Assembly (NCBI RefSeq): GCF_022045235.1
Contig: NW_027266271.1
Span: 30,690,001-30,754,000 of the forward strand
Origin: Haliotis cracherodii
Lineage: Eukaryota
Direction: 5' to 3'
Length of the DNA stretch: 64,000 nt
A model generated the notes under the pieces. That model saw nothing but the letters and a program-made list of their open reading frames with translations, made no database searches and was not told the DNA's origin. Below are positions 60,934 through 64,000 of this stretch, piece by piece; the stretch's first letter is position 1, and every line of letters starts with the position of its first letter. A program made the translations under genes and the position numbers.

Positions 60934-61942
60934 GTGAGTTTGCTCCCTTCTTCATCACTCATATACATTGTTGCCACAGAACCTTTATTTTTTAGAATAT
61001 GTATAAAATATGTGAAAATGAATTTAAATCGGTTTAGGATAACTCAGTTTAGTTACAGAATACGAGTATTTCTGCCCAAACTGGAGCAACCTCCCTGTAC
61101 GTCTCTCCCCTTTAATATATTCAAATGTTGCTTTCTTCTTGGCTAGTATAGTGACCCTGATTAATTAATTGGTCTCACTAACGAGATGTGATTATCTCCC
61201 TTCCTGGCATCTGTGCCTGTTTCTGTCCATATCCTTATATACCCTGTTACGTCTTCAGTCTTTGTAAACAGATAAATACCACATTTCTAACATTTATTGT
61301 AAGATCAGAATGTATTTGAACATCAGAATATGTATGTTTTTGTTATTGATGGGAAGGGTCTAAGTATGATGGATACCTTCAGAGGGGATAAGATAATGCT
61401 TAATTCAAGGATTTTATGACCACCTCCAGAAATATGTGGGTGAAATGTTCCCAATGGCAGATGGGCGACCGTGAAGGTGCACATCTCTGTTTGGGCTCTG
61501 CCAGGCTGGTGTTGTGACGCTGCTGGGTATCCCAATGGTGTGTTACGATCGTTGCTCACACCAGCAACTGGTTTTCTAGCTTGAAGCCTGACTAAACAGG
61601 TCAGCTGTAATATTGCTGCCAGTGGATATCTACCCTCTAAGCTCACCTAGATGCGGAAAAGGGATAGAAGTATTACATATTTGATTGATCTTCCTGCACA
61701 TCTAACGTCCTGAAATGTTGTGTTATATTTTCTCAAGATGTCTGCTTGTTTGTAAGCTAGACGTTGGTGTCTGCATGAAATAGTGCATGCCACATGATTA
61801 ACTCAGTTCCAAGTTAATTAGAAACCTAAGCGTAGTCATTGCTTGGACAAACACCTATCAGTTTCTTGTTCAAAACTAACAGTTTAACTGCCATGTATTC
61901 TAGATATTGTGTATCTATATTGTAGCAATGTTTCTGTATAAT

Positions 61943-62310
61943 GTATTAGCTGACCTGACAATGTCAGATGGGCGGATGTCATGGCCTGCTTGTCAGTCGT
62001 CCATCTGACTCAGTAGCTCCTCCTCTTTTACCGCTGGACCAATGAAACCTGTACCTGATGCAAGAGGTTTAAATCAGATTTTCAATATGGCTGCAATGGC
62101 AGCCATATTGCAAAATAACATCAATGGACAAGTTGTACATTTGTTTCTTGTATGTGTTAGTCTGGGAACATCTGAAGAAGCTGAAATATCATAGCATATT
62201 ATTTGAAACTTTTGTGATTTTTATGAGTTTTTCTTTTTTACAAACTTTTAATTAATCAAATCAAATTAATCAAATATAATCATCTTCACATAACCTACAG
62301 GAGTCGAGTC
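61943..62310 (+). mobile_element. Degenerate Helentron/HINE-like non-autonomous repeat
   Basis: Starts TTAGCTGACCTGAC..GTCAGATGGGC, then GTCAGTCGTCCATC, and palindromic AATATGGCTGCAATGGCAGCCATATT; this layout is typical of mollusc HINE-like elements. Confidence 0.4.
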
Positions 62311-64000
62311 ATCAAGGGGATACTTTGAATCAATGAAAATGGCTATAAATAGATTCTCAGCATGATGATGAGGCTGGGAGTGGCATCAATCTGTGGTTAG
62401 TACCCGGTATATGCTACGTCTTTCGGTGGACGCTTAGGAGCTTGGGACAATTCAGGAAAACCTTCTCATACTTTATTCGGATGTTTTTAACCCTGATAAG
62501 TTTTTTTGTTCATGATAGGCATCAGTATTGAAAATTTAACTTTTGTGAATTGGTTTGTTTTAATCTTCCCAGAATTGTGTGAAGGATGCCTTGTTGTGTT
62601 ACACCAATCAGACATTGTAACACCTTGCATTTATTGTATCATGTTATGAAATTTAGTTACTTAATTATCTTGGTCCATTTGTCCTGACTATTCATACCAA
62701 AAATATTGAAATATTATGCCAGCTTTGATCATTGGATGTATTCAGAGTGACGGCCCTTGTCAGTCAGTTGAGTACCACCAGCTATCACTGTCCTGGCAAG
62801 GGGCGGAACTGGTACTCAACCATGTGTTACAAAAACAAATATGCTAATGTTTATTGAAGAATTAATGTTTATTCAGGGGACAACTTGGGAAAGGGGTGAT
62901 CTGAAATATTGGTTCATAAATGTTAGAGAAAATGTTGATATTGACCATTATTGACAGCCCAGAATATGATTGAAATAGATGACAGTTGTTCCTCAATCAT
63001 GACAGAATTGAAAGGTTTCTAAACAGTAAGTCGAATCAATCCATCGTGACGGTTTGTGCATTTTCCCTTGATCCTCCATTTTGTTGAAGAATGCAAACTT
63101 AAGTCGCTGTGCATATTGGCATCTTAATGTTTATATGAACGCAGTGCATACCAGTGCTTCACACTAAGTCTAAAGACATCTAGTAGGTATCTCATGATAA
63201 AGTCATGTTAAAGGGAAAGACACTATATCATATTTGGAAACAGTGGACTTTGGAATCTCGCAGTTTCTCTCTGTATATGGTTACTGGTTTAATCCTGTGA
63301 CTGTCTCTGTAGATATTTGAACATGCCTACAATATATGACTAGGTGAGCTACAGTGCCATGACACAATGTTTTGTAGGGATGGTCTAATATGAGATCTCC
63401 ATGGGAATGTTTTCTTTCTATTGTTAATGATGTCGCAGGAATGCTAATCAAACTTTCTTTTTTCAGCGAAATGAAATTATTAACAAATGACAGCTGCTCT
63501 CTCTCCCTGGTGGCTGCTGCCGAGAAAGACAAAAATGTCAGCCGACTGAATTCACTTTATGTTTAGTAAAGTTAGTAAATTGTTCGAATGTGAAACAAAA
63601 TTGATTAAAAGTTCTTCCGAATCCTTCAATTTAATAAGTGTTCCCTGACAGTGAGATGAGCCTGTCTTGTGTCAGGTGTCTGTTTCCACCAATGAGAGAG
63701 CAGGAGTGATTCTATTGGTAAAGTGTTTGATCCTATACGGCCAATGGCTGCACCCGCTGTAATTACTAGTGCTAGATCCGGACTACCAATTCCATGACAA
63801 CCTGGTTTCAAGGTGACACTGATACAGGGACATTTCAAACTCAGTCTATGATTCTTTAATTTACTTGTAGCTCAACTAAACGAGTGGTTGTGAGAGTTTA
63901 CTCAGTGATGTGTTTGTTCATCATCCGTATCATAAATATCGGAAGTTTAAAGTCTTCAACAACTTTCCATTCAAATTAACTCCCAAGATATTGAAATTCA

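Noticed and set aside
62550-63480. Candidate acceptors for the next LDLR exon (TTCCCAG ~62572; TTTTCAG ~63466)
   Set aside because: Joining to the phase-1 T gives a stop (TAA) or Ser rather than the required Cys, and no LDLa or EGF coding follows.
1-64000. Hammerhead ribozyme cores (CTGATGA...GAAA)
   Set aside because: The CTGATGA hits I inspected by eye (e.g. ~1105, ~5586, ~7636, ~47700) lack the flanking stems; a covariance-model search would be needed to exclude them fully.

Overview
This is AT-rich eukaryotic (animal) genomic DNA, not prokaryotic. The SINEs with (CACT)n/(CACCT)n/(CAAA)n tails and Meta/Deu-type bodies point to a mollusc, most likely a gastropod such as abalone; that taxon call is inference. 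The window reads as very long introns of one + strand LDL-receptor-family gene. It has two phase-1/phase-1 LDLa exons (57472-57603, 60808-60933) and a candidate 24-nt micro-exon about 21 kb upstream (36555-36578) that splices in frame. The rest is repeats: (1) a ~1.96-kb internally deleted PIF/Harbinger transposon with HARBI1-type transposase and Myb/SANT first exons, 35-bp TIRs and a CTG TSD, inserted in a 28-bp minisatellite; (2) three ~107-bp Harbinger-type MITEs; (3) a Tc2/pogo-like non-autonomous element with perfect 27-bp TIRs; (4) an hAT-like MITE; (5) four SINE(-like) families, several with clear TSDs and nesting; (6) decayed LINE fragments, all antisense to the gene; (7) about 15 minisatellite arrays with 20-72 bp units; (8) a 167-N assembly gap. 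Most long ORFs in the track are artefacts of the tandem repeats. There is no CRISPR array, rRNA or intact tRNA. The most unusual items are a non-tRNA SINE-like family with a possibly pseudoknotted 5' head, an 11-fold amplification of that head inside one TSD pair, the Harbinger insertion at a CACCTG minisatellite site, and the micro-exon. Boundaries of degenerate repeats are approximate.
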